Origin: Thermoplasmata archaeon
GTDB taxonomy: Archaea; Thermoplasmatota; Thermoplasmata; Lutacidiplasmatales; UBA184
Reading direction: 5' to 3'
Length of the DNA stretch: 64,000 bases
Assembly: GCA_052326445.1 (NCBI GenBank)
Contig: JBKQNC010000007.1
Location: forward strand, 4,690 to 68,689
The notes beneath the pieces are model-generated. The model searched no databases, was not told the DNA's origin, and saw only the letters and a list, made by a program, of their open reading frames with translations. The position numbers were made by a program, and so were the translations under genes. Shown here piece by piece: positions 40,072-49,468 of this stretch (position 1 is the first letter of the stretch; each line of letters begins with the position of its first letter).

Positions 40072-41418
40072 TCAACCGTCGGGGGGGTCTTCGGGCGGCC
40101 CGGCCGGGTGCAGGGAGAGGTTGCGGAGCGACGTAAATCCGAGGAGCATGACCAGGCCGAACAGGGCGAGCGTGCCGCCCGCCGTCAAGTAGGTGCCCTG
40201 GACGCCGACCTCGTAGGTCAGGGAACCGCCGGCGTACTGCCCGACCGGAACGAGCGCGTAGCTTCCGACCTCGTCGGCCGAAAAGACGCGGCCCATCATC
40301 TCGTCCGGGACGGTCGACTGGATGGTGGAGAGGAAGATCGTAGAGAACATCCCCGGAATGACGCCGAAGAGGAAGATGATCGGAAGCGCGAGCCAGATCG
40401 ACCGGACGAGCGCGAGCGAGAGCAACGTGAGCCCGAGGGCCGAGGTCAGCAGGATCATGGCTTGCCCCGCACGGTGCTCGAATCGGACGCGGGCGATCAC
40501 GACGAACCCGACCGACGCGCCGACGGTGGCCGCGGCGACCATAGCCCCGTACCAGATCCCCTGGGTGGCCCCGAGCCAGGTCGTCACATACAGCGCGAGC
40601 TCCACGGTGGCGAGCGCCACGAGGAAGTTGATCACGAGGCCCGCGACCGTGAGCTGAAGGATCGCGGTCCGACGCCCGATGTAGGCGAACCCCGCCCGGG
40701 CGTCGTGGAGGATCGACCGCGGCAGCGAGGTTCGGGCGGGGCTCAGGTCCACGTCGAGCGCGACCAGCGCCACTTGGGTGACGAAGAAGAGTCCGAACGG
40801 GATCCCGAGCGCGTAGGCCGACGGCGCTACCGTGAGAACGACCCCGGCCGCGAGGGTGCCCAAGGCCGTCACGCCTCCCGCGATCGCGTAGATCAGGCCG
40901 TTCGCCCGGCTGAGGAGGTCCCGTGGAACGACCCGGGGGACGCTCGTGTTGAACGCGGGACGAAACAGCGTCGAGGAGACGATCACGAGCGCCCAGACCG
41001 GGTAGACGAGAAGGACCCACTCCGGGATGTAGAAACCCTGAGGTCCGGGCAACCCGATGTGGGTCGTCGGCCCGAGGATGACGATCACGATGAGGAGGGT
41101 GGTGGCCAGGAGCCCGAGCAGGTTCACCACGCGCATCAGGGCGCCGCGGTCGTTCCGGTCGGCGAGGGCTCCGGAGAAGAAGGCCGTGACCAGGGTCGGT
41201 ATCGTCGAACCGAGACCCAGGTAGGCGAGGGCCAGGGCTCCATAGGTCTCCCGCAACCCCGCGCTCGGGTAGGCGAGCGTGACCGAGTAGAACAAGACGA
41301 CCGAGGCCGTGGCGGGCGCGGCGAACTGGAGGGCCCCGGCAATGAGGAAGGCGACGAACGACCGCTTCTGAAAGAGTTCGGAGTATCGGCCGACCAGGGG
41401 TGCCCCTCCTCCCGGCAA
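40072..41418 (-). CDS. MFS transporter
   Basis: 448 aa with about 12 TM segments. Contains the MFS loop motif GALADRNDRGALM. The start is TTG. Confidence 0.8.
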   Translation of the reverse strand: MPGGGAPLVGRYSELFQKRSFVAFLIAGALQFAAPATASVVLFYSVTLAYPSAGLRETYGALALAYLGLGSTIPTLVTAFFSGALADRNDRGALMRVVNLLGLLATTLLIVIVILGPTTHIGLPGPQGFYIPEWVLLVYPVWALVIVSSTLFRPAFNTSVPRVVPRDLLSRANGLIYAIAGGVTALGTLAAGVVLTVAPSAYALGIPFGLFFVTQVALVALDVDLSPARTSLPRSILHDARAGFAYIGRRTAILQLTVAGLVINFLVALATVELALYVTTWLGATQGIWYGAMVAAATVGASVGFVVIARVRFEHRAGQAMILLTSALGLTLLSLALVRSIWLALPIIFLFGVIPGMFSTIFLSTIQSTVPDEMMGRVFSADEVGSYALVPVGQYAGGSLTYEVGVQGTYLTAGGTLALFGLVMLLGFTSLRNLSLHPAGPPEDPPDG

Positions 41419-41518
41419 ACCTCGACCTTCCCCCGCTCGATAAGGCTATCGCGGGGGCGTTCGGCCCAGCGAAACTCGCTTATCTCTGGGACCCGTCGGG
41501 AACCCTCCGGAGTTCTCC

Positions 41519-42631
41519 GTGCGTCTCCTCCATCGCGATGCGGCAACGGGCCTGTTACGCCTCCGCTTGGAGAGCCCGAGCGACCTCTGGCGGATCGCCC
41601 GACTGGTCCGCCCGGGGGAGCTCGTCGGGGGTTCCACCACCCGGCGGGACCCCGAGGCCCCGGCGGATGTGCCGGGCGCGGAGCGGACCCGGCGGCGCGT
41701 GTGGATCGTCGTCGCCGCGGAACAGGTGGAGTTCCACGGATTCTCGAAGCACGTGCGGATCACGGGTCCGATCCGGGAAGGGCCGTTCGACATCGGACGC
41801 CATCACACGCTCGACCTCGCCGAAGGGGACGAGGTCACCGTCATCAAATCCTCGATGTCCTCGGGCGACCGGGTCCTCCTCGACGAGGGGCTCGCGGGCA
41901 CCGGCGAGCCGACGATCCTGCTCGCCGCCGTCGACTGGGGCGACTCCGCGCTCGTCCGGCTGCGGGGGCGCGCGATCGAGCCGATCGCCGATTTGAAGCG
42001 GTCGATTGCCGGGAAGCAGTATGGCGGCGGCCAGGGCGAGAAGGACCGGAGGACCTACGCGGACGAGCTCATCGGCCTGCTGCGTCGGGAGGGGCCGGCG
42101 GCCCACGCGGTGATCGTGGCCGGACCAGGCTTCCTGAAGGAGGAGATCGCGCGGCGTCTCCACGAGGAGGACCCCGCGGTGGCGGCGAAAGTGAAGGTCT
42201 ACGCGACCGCCGAGTCCGGGCGGGTGGGCGTGGACGAACTGCTCAAGTCGGGCCGGGCGACCGAGGTCCTCCGCGGCAGCGTGGCCGCCGAGGAGGCCGA
42301 GTTCGTCGAGCGGCTCGTGCGCTCGCTCGCGACCGGCACCCGGGCGGCGGTCGGACGTACCGAGGTCGCGGAGGCGGTCGAAGCCGGCGCGGTCGAGACG
42401 CTCCTCGTCTCGGAGTCGCTCCTCCCGGACCCGGCGATGATCGCGGTGCTCGACGCCGCCCGGGTAGAGCGCGCCCGCCTGTTCATCGTGCGCGACGAGG
42501 GGGAGAACGGGACGAAGCTCGCCGGGTTGGGCGGCGTCGCCGCCATCCTGCGGTATGACTGGACGAGCCCGAGCCGGGCCGCTAGGGGATCGCCTGGATC
42601 GCCTCGCGCAGCTCCTCGAAGCGGCGCTTGA
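41519..42631 (+). CDS. pelA: Pelota (mRNA surveillance / ribosome rescue factor, aRF1-related)
   Basis: Matches: ...LRLRLESPSDLWRIARLVRPGELV..., an eRF1-like central domain, and GLGGVAAILRY near the C-terminus. The 3' tail overlaps rpoD by 50 nt. Confidence 0.85.
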   Translation: MRLLHRDAATGLLRLRLESPSDLWRIARLVRPGELVGGSTTRRDPEAPADVPGAERTRRRVWIVVAAEQVEFHGFSKHVRITGPIREGPFDIGRHHTLDLAEGDEVTVIKSSMSSGDRVLLDEGLAGTGEPTILLAAVDWGDSALVRLRGRAIEPIADLKRSIAGKQYGGGQGEKDRRTYADELIGLLRREGPAAHAVIVAGPGFLKEEIARRLHEEDPAVAAKVKVYATAESGRVGVDELLKSGRATEVLRGSVAAEEAEFVERLVRSLATGTRAAVGRTEVAEAVEAGAVETLLVSESLLPDPAMIAVLDAARVERARLFIVRDEGENGTKLAGLGGVAAILRYDWTSPSRAARGSPGSPRAAPRSGA

Positions 42632-43427
42632 GGTCCTTCAGCGAGTACCGGAGCGCTTCCCGTGCGGTGAGCGAGCCGTCGGTATCGAACCGGAGGAAGA
42701 AGTTCTCCGTATCCGGCGTGATCTTGATCGACCCGTGCTCGCACGCCTTTTCGCACGCGCCGCAGTCGATGCACTTCAGCTCGTCCGTGACCGAAAGCTT
42801 GCCCCCGGCGAACTCGAGGATGTTGACGGGGCAGGAGGCCGCGGTGCGTTTCAAGCAGGCGTCGGTGCAATCGGCCTTCTTCGCGATCTTGACGTGGGGG
42901 CGGGGGTACATGCCGACGCCCTGGGCGACCTGCCACTTGGCGTGCTCCCGCGCCGCCCCGACCACCGCGGTCGCGTAGGCGAGGAGCGCCTGGCGGGCGC
43001 CGAGGCGTACGATCGGGATGTCGGGCTCGAGGATCGCGAGGCTCGCGTCGCCGAGCGGGACCAGGTCCTTCGCATAGACCGTGCAGGGCCCTTTCCGGTC
43101 GATCGAGTACATCACCTGGCAGTGGGGGCAGCCGGCGCCCGCACACGTGCATTCGGATTTCCGTCGGAACTCGCCCAAGTCCGTGGGGATCGGGAGCAGG
43201 CCGAGGCGGAGCGCGATCGCCTCGTCGAACATGCTGGTCGACGAGTCGTAGTCCTTTCCGGTCGTCTCGTCCCGGATCGGGCCGAGGTGGAACTCGACGT
43301 CCTCGATGGCGAGCTTCGGAACGTCGGCGAGCAGCGTGCGGCGGATCGCGTTGACCTGGGACGCGGTGGTGCCCTCGATCTCGATCGTGGCGGTCCGTGG
43401 TTTGAGTTCGGAGATCGTGAGCACCAT
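42582..43427 (-). CDS. rpoD: DNA-directed RNA polymerase subunit D (Rpo3) with 4Fe-4S ferredoxin-like insert
   Basis: Has ASQVNAIRRTLLADVPKLAIEDVEF and the Cys cluster CIDCGACEKACEHG. It sits in the conserved rps13-rps4-rps11-rpoD order. Confidence 0.9.
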   Translation of the reverse strand: MVLTISELKPRTATIEIEGTTASQVNAIRRTLLADVPKLAIEDVEFHLGPIRDETTGKDYDSSTSMFDEAIALRLGLLPIPTDLGEFRRKSECTCAGAGCPHCQVMYSIDRKGPCTVYAKDLVPLGDASLAILEPDIPIVRLGARQALLAYATAVVGAAREHAKWQVAQGVGMYPRPHVKIAKKADCTDACLKRTAASCPVNILEFAGGKLSVTDELKCIDCGACEKACEHGSIKITPDTENFFLRFDTDGSLTAREALRYSLKDLKRRFEELREAIQAIP

Positions 43428-43431
43428 CGGA

Positions 43432-43815
43432 TCACACCCGCCGTCCGCGGCGGCCCCCCTTCGGCTTCGTGCCGTCGTGAGGGACCGGGGTGACGTCCTC
43501 GATGCGTTGGATCTTCACGCCCGCGCGCGAAAGGGCGCGGATGGCGGCCTGGGCGCCGGGTCCCGGCGAGCGCGAGCGGTTCCCGCCGGGCGCGCGGACA
43601 CGGATGTGGAGCGTATCGTACCCCTTCTCCTTCAGCAGGGCCGCGATCTGGTCGGCCGCCTTCATCGCAGCGTACGGGCTCGACTCATCCCGGGCGGCCT
43701 TGACGACCATTCCGCCGGTGGCCTTCGCAAGGGTCTCCGCGCCGGTGATGTCGGTGACGGTGATGTGGATATTGTTGTAGCTGGCGTAGATGTGCGCGAT
43801 GCCGACCTTCGCCAT
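43432..43815 (-). CDS. rps11: 30S ribosomal protein S11 (uS11)
   Basis: [25 protein letters not shown]...HIRVRAPGG...[15 protein letters not shown]. Confidence 0.95.
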   Translation of the reverse strand: MAKVGIAHIYASYNNIHITVTDITGAETLAKATGGMVVKAARDESSPYAAMKAADQIAALLKEKGYDTLHIRVRAPGGNRSRSPGPGAQAAIRALSRAGVKIQRIEDVTPVPHDGTKPKGGRRGRRV

Positions 43816-43818
43816 GGC

Positions 43819-44412
43819 CTACGTTCCTCCTTCCGCCGGCGCGACGGGCTCGGCGGGAGGCCCGGACCGGGCGGAGAGGCGCTCGCGCAGCGCGGTGCGC
43901 ATCGCGTGGTCGTCCCCGGCGAGCGGGCTCGTCGGGGAGTAGGTGATCTGCATCTCCTCGTCGGACGGGACGAGGTAGCCGGGGCGCGTGACCCGGTGGT
44001 CGCCGATGGCGAAGTGGCCGTGGACGATCCACTGCCGGGCGCCGTTCGGGGTGGGGGCGAGGTTCTTGTGGAAGACGATCCACTCGAAGCGGCGGCGCAG
44101 GACGTCCTCCGTCGTCAGGGCCAGAACGTCGTCGATCGTCGTACTGCCCGGAGGGAGCACCCCCAGGCGGGAGAGGCGGCCGAGCAACTGGGTCGTCTCC
44201 CGCTGAGCCTGCGGCTCTCCGGCTCGGAGACGGGCCTGAAGGTCCCGCGCCTGGCCGCGGAAACCGCGGAGGATCGACTGGGCCTTCCAGAGCTCGCGTT
44301 TGTTCTTGAGCCCGTATTTCTCGAGAAGCTTGCGCTCCTCCGCCATTCGACCCGCTTCCCACGGGTGCTTCGGCGTGTCGTAGGTCCGGCGCAGGAATTT
44401 TGGATCTCCCAT
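43819..44412 (-). CDS. rps4: 30S ribosomal protein S4 (uS4)
   Basis: It starts at ATG 44412: MGDPKFLRRTYDTPKHPWEAGRMAEERKLLEKYGLKNKRELW. An S4 RNA-binding domain follows. The longer 340-aa track ORF is spurious upstream. Confidence 0.9.
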   Translation of the reverse strand: MGDPKFLRRTYDTPKHPWEAGRMAEERKLLEKYGLKNKRELWKAQSILRGFRGQARDLQARLRAGEPQAQRETTQLLGRLSRLGVLPPGSTTIDDVLALTTEDVLRRRFEWIVFHKNLAPTPNGARQWIVHGHFAIGDHRVTRPGYLVPSDEEMQITYSPTSPLAGDDHAMRTALRERLSARSGPPAEPVAPAEGGT

Positions 44413-44416
44413 CGTC

Positions 44417-45214
44417 CTACACCTTCTTCGCGCCGGCCGCGGGCTTTGCCGGCGTGGCCGCCGTGGCCGCGGCCTTGGACGGGGTCGCGGCGGCCGCGGG
44501 CGCGGCGGCCGGTGCAGCCTCTTCCTTGCCCGCCGCCGCGGCTGCGGCCTTCGCGTCCTTCTTGAGGACGCCGGCGGCCATGCCGGTGCGTCCGTTCGAA
44601 CGGGTCCGCTGGCCGCGCACCTTCTGGCCCCGCTCGTGGCGGACGCCCCGGTAGCTTCGGACCATGCGCATGATGTTGACGTCGTCCCGGCGTCGGGTCT
44701 CGAGGTCGGGGCCGATGTAGTGCAGCGAGTCGCCCATGAGCGGTTCCCGCGTGTGATTGACCATCCAGAGGGGAACCTTCGTCGGGAGGGTGTTGAGGGT
44801 CGCCTCGATCCCTTCCACGGTCGCCTCCGAGAGGTTCCCAATCATCTCCGCGGCGGGGACGTTGGCGAGCCGGCACGCGACCTCGGCGAGGCGGAGGCCC
44901 ACGCCGCCCACGCCCGTGAGGGCGAGGCCCGTGGGTCGGGTTCCGTCCAGGTCGGTGTTCGCGACCCGGACGATGTATCGGAAATTGGGGTTGTCGGAGA
45001 CGAACTTCGGGGCCTTGCCACCGCCCTTCCCCTTGCCCTTCCCCTCCTTGGGCTCCTTGCCTTCCTTCCCGTCCTTGGAGTCCTTGCCGTCCTTCCCTTT
45101 GGAGGACTTCTCCTTCTTCGGGGCCCTTTCGGTCGAGGCCTCGGCCTCGGCAGGCTCGGCGGGCTTGGCCGGTTCGGCCTTCGAGTCCTTCGATTCCTTG
45201 GGCGCGGAGTTCAC
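44417..45214 (-). CDS. rps13: 30S ribosomal protein S13 (uS13) with low-complexity N- and C-terminal extensions
   Basis: The core is FRYIVRVANTDLDGTRPTGLALTGVGGVGLRLA...RGVRHERGQKVRGQRTRSNGR. The nearest in-frame ATG/GTG/TTG upstream of the core is GTG 45214, which gives a K/E/G/S-rich lead of about 80 aa. The C-terminus is an A/K/P-rich tail. Confidence 0.8.
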   Translation of the reverse strand: MNSAPKESKDSKAEPAKPAEPAEAEASTERAPKKEKSSKGKDGKDSKDGKEGKEPKEGKGKGKGGGKAPKFVSDNPNFRYIVRVANTDLDGTRPTGLALTGVGGVGLRLAEVACRLANVPAAEMIGNLSEATVEGIEATLNTLPTKVPLWMVNHTREPLMGDSLHYIGPDLETRRRDDVNIMRMVRSYRGVRHERGQKVRGQRTRSNGRTGMAAGVLKKDAKAAAAAAGKEEAAPAAAPAAAATPSKAAATAATPAKPAAGAKKV

Positions 45215-45334
45215 TCCCCTGGGTAGTTCGGAGGTGGAATCCGACGAGCCGGGTGACTCGGCGGGACCCCTCGCTCCGAGGGTGCGGGCGCCGAGAAGGC
45301 CGCCCTTCTTAAGCGCTTCGGAGCCGGGAACTCT

Positions 45335-46165
45335 GTGGAAATCATCGACCCCGGTTTCGGGCCTTCGGTAGGGTCCGAGCCGTCGGCCCCGGGACGGAGT
45401 CGGCCCGAAGCAGTATCTACGGGGGTGGTCTCGTCGTCCCTCGTGACTTCTCCGCTCCTGGTATCGGTCATCCTCCCGACGTACCAGGAGCGGACCTCGC
45501 TCGAGCACCTGTACCCGGAGCTCGCCCGGTCGCTCGACGGGAAGTCCGCCGAACTCGTCGTCGTGGACGACGGGTCGCCGGACGGCACCGCGGCCTACGC
45601 GCGCACCCTGCAGTCGCCCCTTCCGACCATGGTCGTGGAGCGGGGCCAGAAGCTGGGCCTCGCCTCCGCCGTGATCGCCGGGTTCGAGCGGTCCACCGGG
45701 GAGACGATCGTCGTGATGGACGCCGACGGGAGCCACCCGCCCGCGGCCGTCCCCACCCTGGTCCAGGCGGTGACCACCGGGGGGGCGGAGTTCGCCCTCG
45801 GGAGTCGATGGGTCCGTGGGGGAAGTGCTCCCGGACTGACCCGGGGACGTCGGCTCCTTTCGTCCGGCGCCGCGATCCTGGCCCGTCCCCTCGTTTCCGT
45901 CAAGGACCCGATGAGCGGGTTCTTCGCCGTCCGACGGTCCGTGCTCTCGAGAGGAACGCTCGCGCCGGTGGGGTACAAGATCGGGCTCGAAGTGCTGGTC
46001 AAGTGCCGTCCGGACCCGGTGGTCGAGCTGCCGATCGTCTTCCGGCCTCGCACGGCGGGCGAGAGCAAGCTCGGGAGCGGGGAGATCGCGCAGTACGTCC
46101 GGCACGTCGCCCGGCTCTACGCCTGGTGCCTCTTCGGGTCCCGGCGCGCCTCGAGCACCCGGTAA
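45335..46165 (+). CDS. GT2 glycosyltransferase, dolichyl/polyprenyl-phosphate mannose synthase-like
   Basis: Matches: VILPTYQE, VVVDDGSPDGT, VVMDADGSHPP, DPMSGFF. GTG 45335 lies 25 nt from a CTTAAG-centred TATA-like element. GTG 45425 is an alternative start. Confidence 0.85.
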   Translation: MEIIDPGFGPSVGSEPSAPGRSRPEAVSTGVVSSSLVTSPLLVSVILPTYQERTSLEHLYPELARSLDGKSAELVVVDDGSPDGTAAYARTLQSPLPTMVVERGQKLGLASAVIAGFERSTGETIVVMDADGSHPPAAVPTLVQAVTTGGAEFALGSRWVRGGSAPGLTRGRRLLSSGAAILARPLVSVKDPMSGFFAVRRSVLSRGTLAPVGYKIGLEVLVKCRPDPVVELPIVFRPRTAGESKLGSGEIAQYVRHVARLYAWCLFGSRRASSTR

Positions 46166-46767
46166 CCGGAACCGCGACCGAGCACCTCGACCGACCCGGG
46201 CCAGTGGTGCTCGAGCCACTCCTGGTAGTAGCGGATCCCCTGGGTTCCCTTTCCGACCACGACGAGCCGACCCTCCGGGGCGAGGTGGTCGCTCGCACCG
46301 GCCAGGATCTCGAGCACGGCCTCCCGGCCGGCATGGTACGGAGGGTTGGTGGCGATCACGTCGAAGGTCTCGCCGTCCACGGGCGCATACAAGGGCCCCA
46401 CCCGGACCTCGGCGTTCTTCACCCGGTTCCGTTCGAGGTTCAGCCGCGCGAGGCGGACCGCTCGCCGGTTCACCTCGGTCAGGACCACCGACCCCTCCGG
46501 AACCGAGCGGGCCGCGGCGATCCCCACCGGGCCCCACCCACATCCCAGGTCGAGGACCCGGTCGGTCCGGGCGAGCGTGAGGTTCTGGATCAGCAACGCA
46601 GTACCGGGGTCGAGTCCGTGGGAGGCGAAGACGCCCCGGTCCACGAGGAAGTGGAGGAGCTCGCCGCGGAAGAGGAACCGGAGCTCCGAGCGGGACGAGG
46701 CGGACCGGGGCCGTTCGGTGAAGTACTGGTCGGGCTCGACCGCGTCGTCGGACTCGTCGGCGGTCAC
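46117..46767 (-). CDS. Class I SAM-dependent methyltransferase (RsmC/RlmG-like 'MTS' small domain, NPPY motif)
   Basis: Has VLDLGCGWGPVGI (motif I) and DVIATNPPYHAG (NPPY). Overlaps dnaJ as GTGA. Confidence 0.8.
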   Translation of the reverse strand: MTADESDDAVEPDQYFTERPRSASSRSELRFLFRGELLHFLVDRGVFASHGLDPGTALLIQNLTLARTDRVLDLGCGWGPVGIAAARSVPEGSVVLTEVNRRAVRLARLNLERNRVKNAEVRVGPLYAPVDGETFDVIATNPPYHAGREAVLEILAGASDHLAPEGRLVVVGKGTQGIRYYQEWLEHHWPGSVEVLGRGSGYRVLEARRDPKRHQA

Positions 46768-47912
46768 GAGCTCCGCCGCCGGAAAATCGATTCTTTGCGC
46801 GGGGCGACCGGTTGGCCCCCGGGCAACAGGGCATCACGCAGGAGGTCCCGTTCCCGTCCGGAGAGCGAGCGCGGGATCTCGACGTGGACCGTCACGATGA
46901 GGTCGCCCCGGGTCGAGCTGCGGTAGCGGGGAAAGCCATTCCCCCGGAGCCGGAACTGGGTCTCGGGCTGCGTGCCGGGCGGGATCCTGAGCGAGGCATG
47001 TCCGTCGATCGTCGGGAGCGTGATCTCCCCTCCCAGGATGGCAATGCCGAGGGGGACCATCGCATCGGTGTAGGCATCCTCCCCGTCGCGACGAATGTGG
47101 GGTAGGGGTTCGAAGACGACCTGGACGTAGAGGTCCCCCGGGACCCCTCCGCCCGTCGCCCTCAACCCATGCCCCGAGACTCGGAGGACCGCGCCGTCGT
47201 CGACTCCGGGGGGTACGGTAAGCTGGATGCGCTCGGTCGCGCGCACGTAGCCGGAGCCTCCGCAGACGGGGCACCGCTCCAGGATGCGACGGCCCACTCC
47301 GTGGCATCGCGGGCAGTCCCCGACCGTGATGAGCTGGGCGTGCCCCCGCTGTTGGATCCGACGCACTTGTCCCGCCCCTCGGCATTCGGGACAGATCTCG
47401 AGCGCGGTCCCGTTCTTCGCGCCGGTGCCCTGGCAGGCCGCGCAGGGGTCGTTGCGGGGTACGTCGACCTCGGGCCGCGCGCCCTTGATCGCCGAGGAAA
47501 GCGGCAGACGCAGCGTGATCTCGACATCGTTTCCCCGCAATGCCCCGGAGCGTCGACCGCCCGCAAAGTTCCCCCCCATGCTGCCGAAGAACTGCTGGAA
47601 GAGCGGGTTCGAGTTGAGCAGGTCCTCGAGGTCGCCGACGTGGGTGAAGTTCTGCCAGCCGAAGCCGCCGGGGCCGAAGTCGGACTCCACCGCGGAGAAC
47701 CCGGCCTGGTCGTACCGCTGGCGCGTCTCGGGGGTGGCGAGTACCTCGTACGCCTCGGAGACCTCCTTGAACTTCTCCTCGGCGACCTTGGGGTTCTCCT
47801 TGGCCACGTCCGGATGGTACTGGCGCGCGAGCTTCCGGTAGGCGCCCTTGATCTCTTCCGGTGAGGCGGTGCGGGGAACCCCGAGCACCTCGTAATAGTC
47901 CCGCTTCGCCAT
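46764..47912 (-). CDS. dnaJ: Molecular chaperone DnaJ
   Basis: It has a J domain (DYYEVLGV...YHPD), a Gly-rich linker, and four CxxCxGxG zinc motifs. Confidence 0.95.
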   Translation of the reverse strand: MAKRDYYEVLGVPRTASPEEIKGAYRKLARQYHPDVAKENPKVAEEKFKEVSEAYEVLATPETRQRYDQAGFSAVESDFGPGGFGWQNFTHVGDLEDLLNSNPLFQQFFGSMGGNFAGGRRSGALRGNDVEITLRLPLSSAIKGARPEVDVPRNDPCAACQGTGAKNGTALEICPECRGAGQVRRIQQRGHAQLITVGDCPRCHGVGRRILERCPVCGGSGYVRATERIQLTVPPGVDDGAVLRVSGHGLRATGGGVPGDLYVQVVFEPLPHIRRDGEDAYTDAMVPLGIAILGGEITLPTIDGHASLRIPPGTQPETQFRLRGNGFPRYRSSTRGDLIVTVHVEIPRSLSGRERDLLRDALLPGGQPVAPRKESIFRRRSS

Positions 47913-47937
47913 CGTAGGAGGGGAGCCCGTGGGCGGG

Positions 47938-48828
47938 CTACCGTCTCGACGTACGGAGGTTTCGGCCGCTATTTACCGTCTCAGTGGCGTGCGCGTCGCT
48001 CCGAACGGACCAGTCGAGCCGAATACGAGTACCGGGGGCGGCGTGGCATCGTCGGTCGGCCCGACCCTCGGCCACCGTGATCTCGACCGTACCGAAGCTG
48101 GAGCCCAGTGTCCCGAGACGCCCCCGTCCGATCTCCTCGTAGGAATGGGTCCAGGGGAGGCGCTGACGTCGACCACGGCCCAGGGTGACCCCGACGGTAG
48201 GAGTCCCCGGGGGGACCCATTCCGTCGGAATGTTCGTGATGAGGTTGCCGAACGCGTCCCGGTGGAGCACCTCGCCGAGGGCCCCCGCCCGGGACCGGAC
48301 CGCGGTCGGGAGCGTCAGGTCCCGGAAGTCGTGCGGGGAGCCCAACCGAGCGGCGGGGATCCCCCTCGCCAGCAGGGCGGCCGCGGGCGCAAAGAGGTCG
48401 CGACCATCGAAGGTCGTACCGGTCCGGGGGCCGACGGAGAGCCGTCGCGGGTCGATGCGAAACGCCCGGGGAGCGCCCAGCGCGTGGGCGAGCGGGGCGA
48501 GGATACCGTTGTCCGGCCCCACGAGGGCGGACCCGTCCGCGCACCGGATCACGAGCGGCGCCCGGGGGCCGCCCACGCCGGGGTCCACGACGGCGACATG
48601 GACCGTTCCGGCCGGAAACTGATCTCCGATCGAGGCGAGGACGAAGGCGGCCTCCCTGATGGCGTGGGCGGGAAGGTCGTGCGTGATGTCGACGACATGG
48701 CCCGGCGGGATCGAACGAAGCAGGACCGCCTTCATCTGGGCCGCGTAGGCCCACCCGACGTCACTCGTGAGAGTGACCAGCCGGACGCGACCTCGCCCGG
48801 ACGAGCGCGCGACCACGACCCGATGCAC
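47938..48828 (-). CDS. SAM hydroxide adenosyltransferase / SAM hydrolase family protein (DUF62, fluorinase-chlorinase-like)
   Basis: Matches: VTLTSDVGWAYAAQMKAVL, VAVVDPGVGG, VGPDNGIL. Confidence 0.8.
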   Translation of the reverse strand: MHRVVVARSSGRGRVRLVTLTSDVGWAYAAQMKAVLLRSIPPGHVVDITHDLPAHAIREAAFVLASIGDQFPAGTVHVAVVDPGVGGPRAPLVIRCADGSALVGPDNGILAPLAHALGAPRAFRIDPRRLSVGPRTGTTFDGRDLFAPAAALLARGIPAARLGSPHDFRDLTLPTAVRSRAGALGEVLHRDAFGNLITNIPTEWVPPGTPTVGVTLGRGRRQRLPWTHSYEEIGRGRLGTLGSSFGTVEITVAEGRADRRCHAAPGTRIRLDWSVRSDAHATETVNSGRNLRTSRR

Positions 48829-48835
48829 GGCCGGT

Positions 48836-49168
48836 CTAGGACTTCATGATGGCGACCAGGAAGATCCCGATCGCGACCAGGGCGCCGACGACCGCCGCGA
48901 CGATGACGAGGAGTGACTCGAGGATGAGGCTGCCGAGCTGGCCACTCGACACATTCCCGCCGAAGCCCGCATGGTAGAGGTAGGCGACGAGGACGCCGAT
49001 CACGAGGCCGCCGACCAGGAGGGCGACGCCGATGGTCCGACTCTTCCCGCTCCCGAAGTAGGCCGTGAAGATACCGGCGAGGATCAGGAACAGGGCGAAG
49101 ACGAGCAGCATGATCGTGAGGAAGACCCAGATGTTTACGCTCAGCTCGGTGCCCATCAGATCGAACAT
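48836..49168 (-). CDS. Membrane protein (3-4 TM), 110 aa
   Basis: It is highly hydrophobic (IWVFLTIMLLVFALFLILAGIF..., VALLVGGLVIGVLVAYLY, LLVIVAAVVGALVAIGIFLVAI). It ends 7 nt before the next gene. Confidence 0.65.
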   Translation of the reverse strand: MFDLMGTELSVNIWVFLTIMLLVFALFLILAGIFTAYFGSGKSRTIGVALLVGGLVIGVLVAYLYHAGFGGNVSSGQLGSLILESLLVIVAAVVGALVAIGIFLVAIMKS

Positions 49169-49183
49169 GATTCGAGATTCTCC

Positions 49184-49417
49184 CTAGAACTTGATGCCCG
49201 TGAGCGTCTTCGTGTCGATCACGCCGGGGACCGACCGGATCTTGTCGACCACGAGCTGTCCGAGCGCGTTGAAGTCCTCGGCCTCGACCTTCGCGATCAG
49301 GTCGTATTCGCCGAAGAGCGGGTGGAGCTCGACGATCCCCTTGACCCGCAGGAGTTCGGTGTAGACCTCATGCTCCTTGGCCGGAGCCGTGCTGATTAGG
49401 ACAAACCCGATCGCCAC
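49184..49417 (-). CDS. Stand-alone Lrp/AsnC ligand-binding (RAM) domain protein
   Basis: 77 aa. MAIGFVLISTAPAKEHEVYTELLRVKGIVELHPLFGEYDLIAKVEAEDFNALGQLVVDKIRSVPGVIDTKT matches the AsnC_trans_reg fold pattern. Confidence 0.8.
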   Translation of the reverse strand: MAIGFVLISTAPAKEHEVYTELLRVKGIVELHPLFGEYDLIAKVEAEDFNALGQLVVDKIRSVPGVIDTKTLTGIKF

Positions 49418-49456
49418 GCGAAAAGTCGCCTCTTCTCGGGGCGGATTAACGACCTT

Positions 49457-49468
49457 CCCTTATAAGGG
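49457..49468. promoter_or_regulatory. Perfect 12-bp palindrome CCCTTATAAGGG with TATA core
   Basis: Read directly from the sequence. It lies 45 nt upstream of the Lrp-RAM gene ATG (49417). A separate CTTTAATACC box (49545-49554) lies 30 nt upstream of the MFS ATG 49580. Confidence 0.4.

Noticed and set aside
39985-42558. 857-aa plus-strand ORF spanning the MFS transporter and Pelota region
   Set aside because: It has low-complexity Arg/Gly/Asp/Pro composition. It conflicts with two well-supported genes (MFS on minus, Pelota in another plus frame).
45215-46837. Upstream 540 codons of the 806-aa minus-strand ORF that ends as S13
   Set aside because: It runs antisense through the GT2 glycosyltransferase and methyltransferase region with Arg/Pro/Gly-rich sequence. 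S13 homology and the first plausible start (GTG 45214) are confined to the 3' 266 codons.
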